A program made the position numbers and the translations under genes. A stretch of DNA of 56,619 bases, counting the filler, from Sphacelaria rigidula (taxonomy: Eukaryota), in NCBI GenBank assembly GCA_964200075.2. It is 7 parts of 7 records of this genome, joined end to end, with 100 filler letters (N's around TTAATTAATTAA, not from the genome) between each part and the next. Parts side by side here need not be neighbours in the genome. Positions count along the whole stretch, not along the records: positions 8,105 to 16,108 come from CAXNAA020012682.1; positions 16,209 to 24,211 come from CAXNAA020012683.1; 5 more parts are not named here. The stretch is one strand, 5' to 3'. The notes beneath the pieces were generated by a model. That model was not told where the DNA came from. It made no database searches and saw nothing but the letters and a program-made list of their open reading frames with translations. Shown one piece after another: positions 11,557-23,116 of the stretch (within the stretch, counting starts at the first letter, position 1; every line of letters starts with the position of its first letter).

Positions 11557-11913
11557 TGTGTTGTCGCCCCATCTATTCTGGACGCCGGTCTACACGTTTC
11601 AGTATATTATGTGGGTGCACCAGCCGGGGTCCCACAGGAGGTAGGCCAACACAGAAGATTTTGTTTTCTCCGCTCTTGTGGTACTCCACCGTGCTTCCGC
11701 GGTGCTCGCCTCTTATTTTTTATCCCGAGAGGGGTTCAGCAGTCCCTTTCCCTCGTCGACCATTAAGTCGATTTTTGTGCACCCACGACACAGTCGCTCT
11801 CCACTGTTGGGCATTGTGTGAGAAAAAAACCCAGATCGCACTCCGAGATTTGAACCCACGATCCAACCGTCAGAAGGTTTCGAGCTTACCAACTGAGCCA
11901 CCGGTGCGACCGG
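11557..11913 (-). mobile_element. tRNA-derived SINE, copy 1
   Basis: Minus-strand head with Pol III A box TGGCTCAGTTGG and B box GGTTCAAATC, then a ~270-nt body ending in CCAGAATAGATGGGGCGACAACACA. Homologous over its whole length to 17883-18244. Confidence 0.85.
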
Positions 11914-11938
11914 CGAACCCGATGCAGCGTTGTAAGTG

Positions 11939-12010
11939 TGAGAAAGTCAATAACCACTGAGCTACCCTGTCGGCGCTGACTGCGTAGCTCAGCGGTTGTT
12001 GTCTTTCTCA
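11939..12010. repeat. 72-nt near-perfect palindrome (hairpin)
   Basis: TGAGAAAGTCAATAACCACTGAGCTACCCTGTCGGC|GCTGACTGCGTAGCTCAGCGGTTGTTGTCTTTCTCA: 30 Watson-Crick pairs, 2 G:U pairs and 4 mismatches over 36 positions. Confidence 0.85.
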
Positions 12011-13039
12011 ACGAAAGGTAATGTCCGGAGTCCGTCTAGCTTTTAGGCCACAGTCAACCATCTCTCACCGGTCAACACCACCGTTGCAACGGCACCGACG
12101 CGATGAAGCACCATGATGCTGCCGGTCCGGTCGGAAAAAGCCCTGCTTGATCCGTTCGCAGCTGGGAGGGAGGGGTGAAAAATGATATGAGGAGGTTAGG
12201 GATGAGCTGGGGATACTAACGGCTGGGCTGAAGCGGCGGGTTAAACCGTTCCGGCCCCGGTCTTCTGCAAACCGGGACGCAGCCAGGGCATCCGGTGTGC
12301 GCACCGCAGCAAACGTGCGGGGGGATCCACCGATTGCCGCTGCTCCAAGTCTACTATCAGACCTCGAACGGGACATGCTCTCAATCAAAAATATATCAAG
12401 TACAGAATGATGCCCTGGGGTACACTGTCTCACTATAGTAGCTCCTCCATCAAACACCACGTCACAGATCGTGAGAAGAAGCTTCACGACCGCCCTTGTA
12501 CCCCGTGTGTATGAGAGAAAATAGTCCAAGACGTTCTGTTGTCACGAGGGCGCAGTATGACACGCAGTACGCATTTTCCTATTCTTGTCTGCTTCCCGCA
12601 TTGCGGCGGACTAGACTTCCATCTAGGTCCGCCGCACTCTAGTGTCTTGCATTGTTGGGCAGTTTCCCGTCCCACGCATGACGCACGAGTTTTTGAATAA
12701 ATTATGAAGCGAAACGCCGGGTTCCGCCGCCGCCGCTGAGTGACGTCTCGGACAGCCATTTGGTTTCACCGCATAAAGACAAAACAATCGAGGTTGCTAG
12801 TATACCGCAAGGCGGAGTGGAATATAGCAACAACGCGTTCCTCCTCGCCGCCACGTCATCCCTTCATTCTGTTTTGGCGTCTTTTCGTTGCGATTGGAGC
12901 GAAGAAATATGTTCATTTTTGTTTTTGCATGTGACGTATTTCGCCCACAAAGCGTTGCGGAGGTATTGACTGGACTTCCTCTTGCCGGACGGGAACTCTA
13001 GCGTTGGTCGAAAATTCATGGGTGGGAATTTTTACGGTT

Positions 13040-13060
13040 GGCGGGAAATATGGCGGGAAA
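13040..13060. promoter_or_regulatory. Tandem E2F-consensus motifs
   Basis: GGCGGGAAA (reverse complement TTTCCCGCC) at 13040-13048 and 13052-13060. No target gene was identified. Confidence 0.3.
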
Positions 13061-14439
13061 TAATGTTTCCGATTCCTACGCCGTTATTGGTCTGCTCACG
13101 GGGAGCTGCTGCCCAGCCGCCTGGTTCAGAATTTATAATTTGGGATTCAGAACCCTTTCCGGTTCGAGACGGCGGCGGTGGAAAGTCGCACACTTCGAAC
13201 TCGTGTTGCCGTGGTGCTGTAGCCAGCCTGTAGCACGCTTTTGCACCTGAACGAGCGAGGTCTGCACAACCTGAGAAGCCGGCTGTCAGATTGTTCCCCG
13301 ATGACAATCGATGCCGATGGAGAATGTGTGCTACGTGTGTGTATTTAGCAAGTTTGAAGGGGTAACGGCTGGGATGAGGTGCGGCTCTTCCCAGCAAGGC
13401 AACACGGGGAAATAGAGAGGAGCTGTGAGGCCGTTGGGGGTGTGAAGGAGAGTAAGAGATGTAGTGGAGGGGGGAAGAGAGGGAGAGGGGTGCTCCCTTC
13501 CTATTTTCCCACCGGCGTGGTGGTGAATCTCGAGCAGGAGTTCGTTCGAGGGCGTGTTATCGCCGTCACTGACTGCAGAAATCGCAATTAATCTTGTTAT
13601 GAGAACATACCGTACTGTATAACGTTGGAAAATGAGGCTGTGGAACCCATTCTCGTCAACGCCTCGTAAAGTATCGTCTTTGCATGAAGATGCTGTGTGG
13701 ATCGCCAGTACTGTCTACAAATGTTTTTGGTCTTACGTTGAGCGTCGTGGTAGTCGCGTATCTTTTTCTCTGGCTCCACGCTCATAGGGTAACCTCTGCA
13801 TTGATGTGCGGAACTTGACAGGAAGTACGGGACCCATACGCCCACCAATTGAAAAAACTATGATGTGCGTTGATATGCACAGCCAATCGGAGCGCACAAA
13901 TGAGAGAAGGGTGGAAAGAAGGTGCCGCGGCGCTGTTGGAATGACGGCGCAGCCGTGTGAGACGCAGGGCAGCTTGGATATTGATTTTCTCGTCTGTTTA
14001 GAGAGATACATCACTAGCGCATCCACTGCAGGCAACATATCGGCATCACACGGAACGATGGAGTAAGTTACTGTTTTCACAACCCCCGAATACCTTTCGT
14101 GTAGTCTTCTCAGGTGGTGTGTGTGTGCTTGTGCTGTTGGCGCCAAGTGCGATCGCCGTTCGCAGACAAACCCAAGATAATTTGACTTGCTTTCGAGGTG
14201 AAGAGCAGAACAAAAACAGGAGCAACCAACCTGCCTGATGTGCCGCACACAGCGTACGCTACCGCGCCGTCTGTCTGTGCGATACAGGCTGGTTCCCGGA
14301 AAAGACCCAACAAACACTCATCGGCAAAGCTTCACGCCGTTTTGATGAGCTAGACCCTGAGATTTTGCACAAGTATCCTATTGGTCATTGCGCAATTCTT
14401 AAACGTCGAGTTTGTTTTTCTTCTACTTCTTGACTTTTT

Positions 14440-15570
14440 TCACCGTTTTTCGGGGGTCCCAATTTGTTCGAGGAAACTTCGATCCAGTCGGACCCTCGTA
14501 CAACGGCCAAAACGAAAAACATCGAGAAACCTCGTTCATCCAAAGTTGCGTAATGATCCATAGAACACCTGTGCACAATTCCAGGGTCTAACGCCTTGAA
14601 ACGACTTGAAGCTTTCCGTGTTTGTGCGATGAACCTTGCCGTGCCACGGTGAGACCGCAAACTACTAGATTTTAGTGTGGATCCTTTTTTGGGCCTTTTT
14701 TTCGACGTGAACATGGAAATTCAAGCATCATTTTACCGAGTTTTGCCACGGAAGTCTGTGAGGCTTTTCCTTAGGTTTGACGGCGACAGGGCATTCGTGA
14801 TGAAGCTTGGTGGCATGGCAAGATATCACGATATGCGGGTCTGTTCGTAGACCCTGGGTTCCGGGACGCATTGTGACTGTCTTTGCTGCTGTCGTTAGTC
14901 AGGATTGTTGGGCCGCGACCAGAGGCCGCGTCGACCCACCTCGATCAGTTTCTGGCTTTTCCTTGGTCTACCCAGGGCCATCCCTACGCTCTGCTCCTAT
15001 GGCTGCGCCGCGGCTGTGCTGAGTAAGAGAGCTGCTTGTGAATATAACATGATGCTTAGCGAACACGTGAGTTCCCAGCCAGCAGTCTACACATGAATGA
15101 ACCTACTGTGTGATTGCTCATGATGGGTAGCTATAGGCCGTACGTTGTGCCCACGTGAGAGCTTGGTTTAGCTGGAACCACTGGTATCTCCTGGTACTCG
15201 TACTGAGAGACCTCAATCAGTCCTTTAGCTATCACATCATTATAACACATTTGCGAAAAAATGAAGAAAATAAAAAACGTAGTGCCGATTTTCGGGGTCC
15301 CAGAATGGATGGCTTCGAAAAACGACTTGGATCCCGTCGGACCCCGGAAAAACGGTAAAGTAATCAAGCACTAGAAAACCTTCGTCGATCGAAACTTGCG
15401 CAATGATCCATAGCACATTGGTGAAAAGGTTCGGGGTCTAACTTCCCATAACTGCGTGAAGGTTTGCGCGTTTGTGCGAGGATGTGAGCTCTAAACGCGC
15501 AAACTCCCAACTATTCGGTTTGAGTATGAAAACGTCTTTTTTGGGTGAATTCCACGTCAAGGCAAGAAAA
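14440..15570 (+). repeat. Pair of diverged direct repeats (~14440-14715 and ~15285-15565)
   Basis: Shared blocks in the same order: TTTTCGGGG(G)TCCCA, GATCC(A/C)GTCGGACCC, TTGCG(T/C)AATGATCCATAG, GGGTCTAAC and GTTTGTGCGA. Confidence 0.7.
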
Positions 15571-16108
15571 CTTGAATGAGACCTAGGAGCTTCTCCACCA
15601 AACTTTGTGCACGGGTTTCTCGGACTATCCCGTGACGCATCAGGTTAAACTGTTTTCTTTTGAATCATTATGTATCGCCTTTCGGGGGACTTTGTACTGG
15701 GACCCCGGGGAGCCGGTAGAGAACAGAGAAACCTTGAAACCTTGCCAAAAACACAATTTTTACATTTGGAGCACCAATATCTACGAAACTGCCTAGTTTG
15801 AGGACGATCCAAGCTTTTCTACAATAAATAGAAGAGAAATCCTCACGAGGTTCCCTGAGTCTGTCGTACGTATCATGAGAGGAAATTAGGCGGCGCCAAA
15901 CTCCACGTTACCGAAATGTGACGGTTTCGGGTACAATTCCACCTCTTTGGAACCGTTTTCAACTCTGTTTCTCCCGTTAGACTCCTGAGGTCATGACGGT
16001 CACTACGACTTGAAGCATATATGTGGAAAGTCGGTGAAAATCAGGCTTGGAATTCGTATTTTCAATTTCAGAACATTTTGAAAGGCGCTGATTGGTCGAG
16101 ACACATTT

Positions 16109-16208
16109 NNNNNNNNNNNNNNNNNNNNNNNNNNNNNNNNNNNNNNNNNNNNTTAATTAATTAANNNNNNNNNNNNNNNNNNNNNNNNNNNNNNNNNNNN
16201 NNNNNNNN
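16109..16208. other. Artificial contig spacer
   Basis: N44-TTAATTAATTAA-N44. Confidence 0.98.
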
Positions 16209-16389
16209 AAACCTTGGAGCCAAGCGAATCTGAAAAGTGGGCTAGGCTCCTCTCTGTGGGGTGATGCAAAGTGTCCGAGACGTGCGTTTGCGATTTTCCC
16301 TGTTTAGGGGTCAAAAGGTGGCTCAAACATCCCAAAAGTGATGTATCCGTGGGCCACAGATTTGATCGCCATAACATCCGGCCTAAAAT

Positions 16390-16845
16390 AGACAAGAATA
16401 AAAATCTGGGAAAGTGAAAAGTGCCTGTTTGGAGGTTTGGAGTCGTTTTACGCCCCAAAAGAGAGCTAGGCGGAGTTTGACACCTTGGAATGACCACCTC
16501 TACTGGTTGAGGCGGTTCCAGGACATCTTCCCGTCTTCGGGTGGCCACCGTTTTCATTTCGGCCAAACAAGAATTTTTGTCCAAAAGCGGTAATAGACAG
16601 TCAACTCCAGAGAAAAGTGGCATTTTTTCTCGATTTTAATGTTTTCTACCTTTCTTGGACAAAAGCCCTTGTTTGGCTAAAATGAAAACTGTGGCCACCC
16701 GAAAACGGGAATATGTCCTAGAACCGCCTCAACAAGTAGAGCAAATCATTCAGAGATGTCAAACTCCGCCTAGCTCTCTTTTGGGGCGTAAAACGACGCA
16801 AAAGCTCCATAAAGGCACTTTTCCAGATTTTTATTCTTTTCTATC
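16390..16845. repeat. Foldback: long imperfect inverted repeat (arms ~16390-16584 and ~16655-16845)
   Basis: For example, GTCGTTTTACGCCCCAAAAGAGAGCTAGGCGGAGTTTGACA pairs with TGTCAAACTCCGCCTAGCTCTCTTTTGGGGCGTAAAACGAC. The ORF track shows near-identical peptides on opposite strands. Confidence 0.9.
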
Positions 16846-17247
16846 ATAAGGAGAGCGGCATACGGCTCCCAAGGCCGCTCCTTGTAATAGACAGGAATAA
16901 TAATCTGGAAAAGTGTTTTTTCGGAGCTTATATGTTTCACGTATAATGCAGGATCTTATACATTTCACGTATAATCTGGCGCGGTGAGAAGGTGGAAAAA
17001 TCCACGGCATCTGGGCGAACCGCAGGTGAGGCAATCGCCTCCATATTCACATGTGAACTTTGCAGGAATGCGCTGTAAGTTGATATCGCTACAACGACAC
17101 TACCATAATTGTCTTGCCGACTGCAAGACTGTAAGGATATTGTACCCACTAGCATTGCTACTGTCTGTACGGGGATGTTGCCCACTTGTTGAGTAAGTGG
17201 GACAGGGTCCATGGCAGAACGCAGCGGTCGCGTGAGATAGGCCTAAC

Positions 17248-17669
17248 CTTGACGTGTCCAGCTTTTCGGACTGGCAAACATTCAGCCTGGACCCTCACAC
17301 ATATCGTGGGGCCTAGATGCTCTTTATTTTCTGGTTTCCTGCGAGCGTCCATCCCTAGCTGAGCGAAGATTGACGATGACGCCTGAAGGATCCGTGCGGT
17401 CTGCCAGCCTGACCGAAATTGTTCATACTACATTCGTCATCAGGCAGGAGCTGGTAGAAAAACAAAGAATCTGATGATAATGATATCCACCGTTTCAATG
17501 CAGGTCGGGCCCTCTGCGCCTTGTGCAGCCACGGCTGCGGCTCTGACACCTTGCTGTAGTACCAATCAACACATCCTCCAAGTTTCGGCGTCATCACAAC
17601 CGAGGTGCGGATTTTCTTGACGTCTCACCTTCAAAAACACCGCCTCCATAACCTTGAAAAGGAATAACA
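17248..17669 (-). CDS. Two possible exons of an unidentified gene
   Basis: 17669-17629 (LFLFKVMEAVFLK, CAG..GTGAGA) and 17427-17248 (YEQFRSGWQTARILQ...KAGHVK, TAG..GTTAGG) join in phase 0 without stops. No family was recognised. Confidence 0.3.
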
Positions 17670-17882
17670 CTGTTTAGTAGCGCACGTGTGTCCATCAACA
17701 CAGAAATCTAGGGTTGAATCCGTTCGGGAATCATGGAAAAGAACGAAGAAGTGGCTGGTTTTAGCTTTATTATTTAACGACCCGTACCCATGAACTCCGT
17801 GCCAGCAGGAAGCCGGGAACCGAGTTTGAGTTACCTTCATTCCTTCAGTACTTCATTACTCGACGCAAATGGCATGAGTATC

Positions 17883-18244
17883 GGTCGCCCCGGTGGCTCA
17901 GTTGGTAACCTCGTCACCTTCTGACGGTTGAGTCCTGGGGTTCAATTCCCGGAGCGATCTGGGATTTTTTCTCACGCACCATGCCCAGCAGTGGAGAGCG
18001 ATTTTGTCGTGGGTACACAAAATTCGACTTTACGGTCGACGAGGGAAAGGGGCTGCTGAACCCCTCTCGCGAAGAAAAATAAAAAGGCAAGCACCGCAGA
18101 AGGAAGATGGGGTACTAAAAAACAAAACTGTGTTATTGACCTTCCTCCTGTGTTACCCCGACTGATGCGCCCACATATACCGAAAGGTGTAGACTGGCGC
18201 CCAGAATAAATGGGACGACGACACATACAATAGACGACACACAA
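17883..18244 (+). mobile_element. tRNA-derived SINE, copy 2
   Basis: A box TGGCTCAGTTGG (17894-17905) and B box GGTTCAATTCC (17939-17949); body homologous to copy 1; tail of GACGACACA repeats. Confidence 0.85.
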
Positions 18245-18321
18245 ATGTCCTCCTGCAAAAATACAACTGATCGCGAGCTCTGTATTAGATAAGGAGTGGG
18301 CGCTCGTGAGGTGGTCTCATA

Positions 18322-19168
18322 CTCTCCCCGCAATTCGTAGGCTCACTCCTCAGAAGAAATTGTGGTAGGAGAGAGAGTAAAATTCCCGTGTTTATTCCAG
18401 TACCTCATTCTTTGCCGTTGCCGCCATAAAAATACGATTCGGAACCCTTCACCCCGATACTGGAACGCTGGCTCCTGAACTCTTCACTTTACTGACTATA
18501 ATTTATGTTTTTCAAAAATAGACTCTGTATATCCTCATCCCGCTTGGTATGGAAGTGAGCAGATGGCAGCGGCAACTGCTGTGTGTCCAGGTGCCCCTTG
18601 GAGCAGGAAATCGCCGAAATATTCACCTGCAAACTCTGCTCCAGTGCACTGTAAGTTGATATCGCTAGAAAAGGTCACTGACATGACCACCTTGCCGGCT
18701 GCCAGACTTCCACAGCCTCTCAGGACGTAGGATCCGCTAGCATTGCTTCTGTCTATACGGGGGTGTTGCCCCCTTGTCAGGTACGTTTTGGAGCATGATA
18801 CTAGATGAAGATCACCCTTCCTTGTACATGGGCACCAAACGCTGGGCTTATCACTCAAGAGTTTGATTTGGAGGATGATACTAGGTAGGCAGCGGCAACT
18901 ACTGTGTGTCCAGGTGCCCCTTGGAGCAGGATGTGTTTGGTGTCCGTTTGACGAAGAAATCCCCCCAAAAACGAAATCGACAAGGGTTTTACACTGGAAA
19001 AATCTAGCAAAAAAACTATCGCAAGGATTCGATCGCAAGAATGACGACGCGAAAAAAATATCGCAAGGACCCAATCGCAAGAATGACGACGCAAAACGGT
19101 GTCGCAAAAACCTCCTAGTCGAAGTTTTACCCGCAGCAGAAACCAACTTCACTTCGTGAAATTGGAAT
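18322..19168 (+). repeat. ~850-bp interspersed repeat, copy 2
   Basis: Colinear with 3351-4197. Confidence 0.9.
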
Positions 19169-19610
19169 GAACGTATTATTTTCCGACATTTTCGCTTGCA
19201 GAAGTGGCGCTCATCAACTCATAGTACAAAAAATGTATACTCTCGCGGCCCACCATGAACAAAAGCGACGCCTAAATATTCCTCTGGGGTAGCACCGATA
19301 CATCAGGTGAAAGTGCTCACTTCGTGACCTTCAAGGAGACAAGAAGTGTAGATCGCCCAGTCAGCGCCGAACGACACTGGATACAACCTCATATACGTGC
19401 ATGACATGATTACATCAGCCGCGTGCTTGAATATAATGTTCTGGTCATACTTACTCCACCTCAACATGACCCATACCGTGGTTCCAACCTCAATATCAAG
19501 CATAAGCACTCTTCTCACGCGTCGAGAGCATACGCTGAGGGCGATCATCACAGTCAACCCCTTGCGAATCAGCCACGGGAAACAAGTACCGAACATTCAT
19601 CCGGCAGTAG

Positions 19611-20549
19611 CTACACATCGTTCAGGCGCTCGCCGTCATTAACACCAACACTGGCACTCTCGAATCGAACCACGGGTAATCTGTGCAATGCCGCTGCCAC
19701 CTCAAACCTCCGAGGTTTCGCAATCGGACCGTACGATACGCCTTCACTTATACCACTCGATCCCTTGCGTCTCTCCCGCGTATTCTTTGATGTCATCATC
19801 CCAGCCAAAGGAGCCAGGCCATCTCCTTCCCCTGCTCGGAGGGAAGCATCTAAGGCATCGAGCGCCTTGCTGATGGGGAGCCCGGGGAGTCTCTGGGTTT
19901 CGCGTATAACCCATTCCACACCGAGCGCGCAACCACGAGTCTGTGCTGCTCCTCCCACTATCTGCTCGACACGTGTCAGGTCCGCCGACACATTTCCAAT
20001 TCGAGCGATCTTACCGCCGCCGCTTGAAGCGTGCGATGCAGCACCACAATAACATGTACACGAGCACCGCTGCTGCCCCCGCGGAGGCGTCAGAACCTCG
20101 ACACTTTTCCAGCCCTCTTCGTGATCATCCCTGTTAACATGTCCTGAAACCTCCGACCCCATTTCGACTGCACCCTCGACTCCATTCGAGATTCCCGCCA
20201 CACCAACCGCCCTATTGCGCACGGGTGACGGTTTCTGCTCGAATACCGCCATGTCCCCGACACTAGCCGCCCCATAGGCGCTGCTGGGGCCAGGTTCGTT
20301 AGCTGAGCTGGCATCTACTCCGCACTCGCGTTTGGGCGCGTTTTCACTTGCGCCGTTGTCACCATTTTGCGCATACGTTTGTTGTTGAACCGCCCTTCGT
20401 TTCGCCGCTACGTTTTTTGCGGCCATCGTTCGGGTCATGACAGATTCAGGGACTATTGCGCGCGGTGACGGATTTCCTGGCCATGGCAAGCGATGAACAA
20501 GTCCTCTGCCCGCGTACTGAACCCGGCCCACACAGAACCGACGAGAGAT
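19611..20549 (-). CDS. Terminal exon of an ABC-class ATPase family protein (PF09818 ABC_ATPase / MRB1590-like C-terminus)
   Basis: Acceptor TTCTATCCACCTCAG|ATC at 20549, open to TAG at 19611. It carries the family C-terminal motifs DLTRVEQIV...QTRG and AKPRRFEVAAALHRL. Upstream P-loop exons were not found in the contig. Confidence 0.78.
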   Translation of the reverse strand: MSRRFCVGRVQYAGRGLVHRLPWPGNPSPRAIVPESVMTRTMAAKNVAAKRRAVQQQTYAQNGDNGASENAPKRECGVDASSANEPGPSSAYGAASVGDMAVFEQKPSPVRNRAVGVAGISNGVEGAVEMGSEVSGHVNRDDHEEGWKSVEVLTPPRGQQRCSCTCYCGAASHASSGGGKIARIGNVSADLTRVEQIVGGAAQTRGCALGVEWVIRETQRLPGLPISKALDALDASLRAGEGDGLAPLAGMMTSKNTRERRKGSSGISEGVSYGPIAKPRRFEVAAALHRLPVVRFESASVGVNDGERLNDV

Positions 20550-22366
20550 CTGAGGTGGATAGAATGCCATGAAAAGGAAGATCATATTGGGGGTGGCGGG
20601 CGGAGGGGTGATGCCACGATTAAAGGCTAAGAAAATAATCGATAATGCAAGGTTCCCCTTCGAGATGTTGGTACGGGCCTCCCGGGGGTGACGCAAGTCG
20701 AAAATATATGATCAAACCAAGCTGCTGTTGTATCTCAATGTACAGCAGTGGTCGTGGCTGTATAAAACATCGCACGTATTATCGGATGTCGTTCGGAGAT
20801 ACGAGCTGGGCCAGCCAACAGTGGGTTGTTTTCTCGCTCAGGCGACGCACAGCGTAAATTTAGGAGTTGAACGCTGAAATTTCAACAGCAGCCTATGATG
20901 ATCGACATGCAGAATATGACGAGAGCAGCAAAACAAAAAGAGGAAATTATGGGGATTTGAAAGTCTAGCAAAAACAAGATACAGTCCAGGGGGAAAACGA
21001 GAAGCTGCAGCTGCTCCCGTGATATATCATTTCCTTGGGTGCAGGAGGTCTCCGTGAAATTTCAGCTCAAGAGTCGTCGAATTGGGCCGTGCATGCAACG
21101 TTTTGCGTGACGCTGCTGCACTCCTGTGAATCAAGTGATGGGAGACTCCAATTATGGAGGTCATGACTTCGGATTTCGACAAATTCATTTTTTTTTCCGT
21201 CCGTCGTTAAGGTCATATGTCATGCAGTACATTTTTTCTGTCATTTTGTTTCCTCATTCAGCGGCAGTGCCGTGTGTTACCAGGTTGGTCTGCACTTCAC
21301 AGCGATATGCTTACATCGGGTTCATTCGGGAAACTGGGAAAACTGTAGTGTGGACAACTTTTGGCCGCGTTCATGCTGGCCCAGCTCGTATGGGAATTTG
21401 GATGGAGGCCGACGACGGAACCGCCGGCGTAGGACATGTGATATACCCGAGGTGCCAGTGTGCGAAGTAGCTCTCGTGCCACGAAGACATGGCAGCAGGA
21501 GCCACTTCCGGAAAAAAATGGAATGCGTGGAACATTCTTGGCATGTTCTTTGTACATGACTGTGGCTTCCACATCACCGGGCTTTTTTTTAAAACAGGGT
21601 GATTGGTTTTTGCGGCAAAACACTCCTGTGCAGCGTGCTGCTGTGCTTGGTTCAACTCACCAGCGGCTCATTGCGCGGTCTTGTGTTTGTTGTTGACTAA
21701 GGCCAAGGCAATGTCCGTTGTTTTCAACTGCTTTGCTCTCATGTTCTCGTGACATTGGCGGCATAACCGGTGTGCTCGTGCTCGCAAATGAACGAGAACG
21801 CGACACAGAGAAACACGGGGGGGAAATACCCCGCCAAAAGAAATTCTGCTGCTTAAATTTCACACGATCTTCAACAGACTTCTGTTGTTCGGGTTCCTGT
21901 TTCAAGTTTTCCATGATCTTGACAAGGTTTTTATGGTTCGGGATCGACACTCCGCGAAAAAGGGCCAGTTTGAGCGACTTTCGGTGGCCACTACACGCGT
22001 CATGGGTATCAGATGACGCCCAAACCTGAACGGTACTGTACCGCTGAGCCTTCTCAGTGCGCTGCAAAAGAAAGCGTGGGAAACAATGGGAACCCTTCAG
22101 TCGGGACATGCACTTGCGGTCCGTGTATAGACTTTCAAGAGCAGAGGTTGCCAAAAATTTCCCGCCCTGCCCAACGGCTTTGATCGGGGTGCAATACGAG
22201 CTCTCGATAATCTCTACAGTTTGAGTGCCATACGCTGGCAACAGCATAGTATGTCGGATATGCACAGCAGAGGCTGCTAGCAAGTATTTTTTTTGCCTAA
22301 TTTCGGGTAAAATTGGAGGGGGAAACGAGGCCTTTCGAGAACCCTTCGCCGTACATTTCCAACATG

Positions 22367-22913
22367 CTACAGTAGTGGGCGGTCTAACTATTCCGGGGTA
22401 TATTGGGTTTTTCCTCGCGTTCTACTCTTCGATAGAACTCGAAATTGCTAGCATCGGTAGATTTTGGTACAATAAACAGATAATTCTCGAAAAACAGTGC
22501 CCGAGTCAGTGTTAGTTGGTGTTATCGGGCGATACGAGTAAATATCCAGTTTGTCAGGAAGGTATTATTGACCGTGAAACACAGTTTTTCGTCTCTAGTG
22601 CAATCAATAGGTAGAATTTTAAAGAAATAAAACTATACATGTCTTCACAAATATGATCGGGACAGGCTCGATCGACCGAAAACACCGAAGGGTACGAATC
22701 TTGGCTGAAATGTGGCAGGACCTCCGACAGCCCGTAAGTCACTCAATAATGGGTACAGATGGATTTTTTTTCTTGGAATGTGGAGCGGATACAAATATCT
22801 TCAGATCCCCCATGTGATAAGCGGTGGCAAGCGAAAGAGCCCAAGAAAATCGCTAATTACGAAAAAATCACAAAATGCCGCAAAATGAACCGTGAGACCG
22901 CCCACTACTGTAG
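22367..22913. repeat. Inverted-repeat-bounded segment, probable decayed DNA transposon
   Basis: CTACAGTAGTGGGCGGTCT (22367) pairs with AGACCGCCCACTACTGTAG (ends 22913). Confidence 0.55.
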
Positions 22914-22931
22914 TGTATGAGATTTTACAGC

Positions 22932-23116
22932 AGGGACTGTCCGGGGTAAATCCTCGTTTTTCATTATTTCTAATTTCGAAAAAAAAAACAATTGGGATAA
23001 ACGAGGATTTAGAAATAATTAAAAAAAAATCAAATCCTCGTTTTTCCCAGTTTGGCACCTAAAATACAAACGGAAATCCAAACTGGGAAAAACGAGGATT
23101 TACCCCGAACAGCCCC
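22932..23116. mobile_element. MITE
   Basis: TIRs GGGACTGTCCGGGGTAAATCCTCGTTTTTC / GAAAAACGAGGATTTACCCCGAACAGCCC, with nested internal copies of AAATCCTCGTTT. Confidence 0.75.

Noticed and set aside
17883-17960. Stand-alone tRNA gene (also ~11835-11913)
   Set aside because: The acceptor stem is poor and both copies are fused to the same ~270-nt body, which indicates a SINE head.
20550-20696. N-terminal part of the 361-aa ORF as coding
   Set aside because: It lies upstream of a good acceptor at 20549 and is probably intron read-through.
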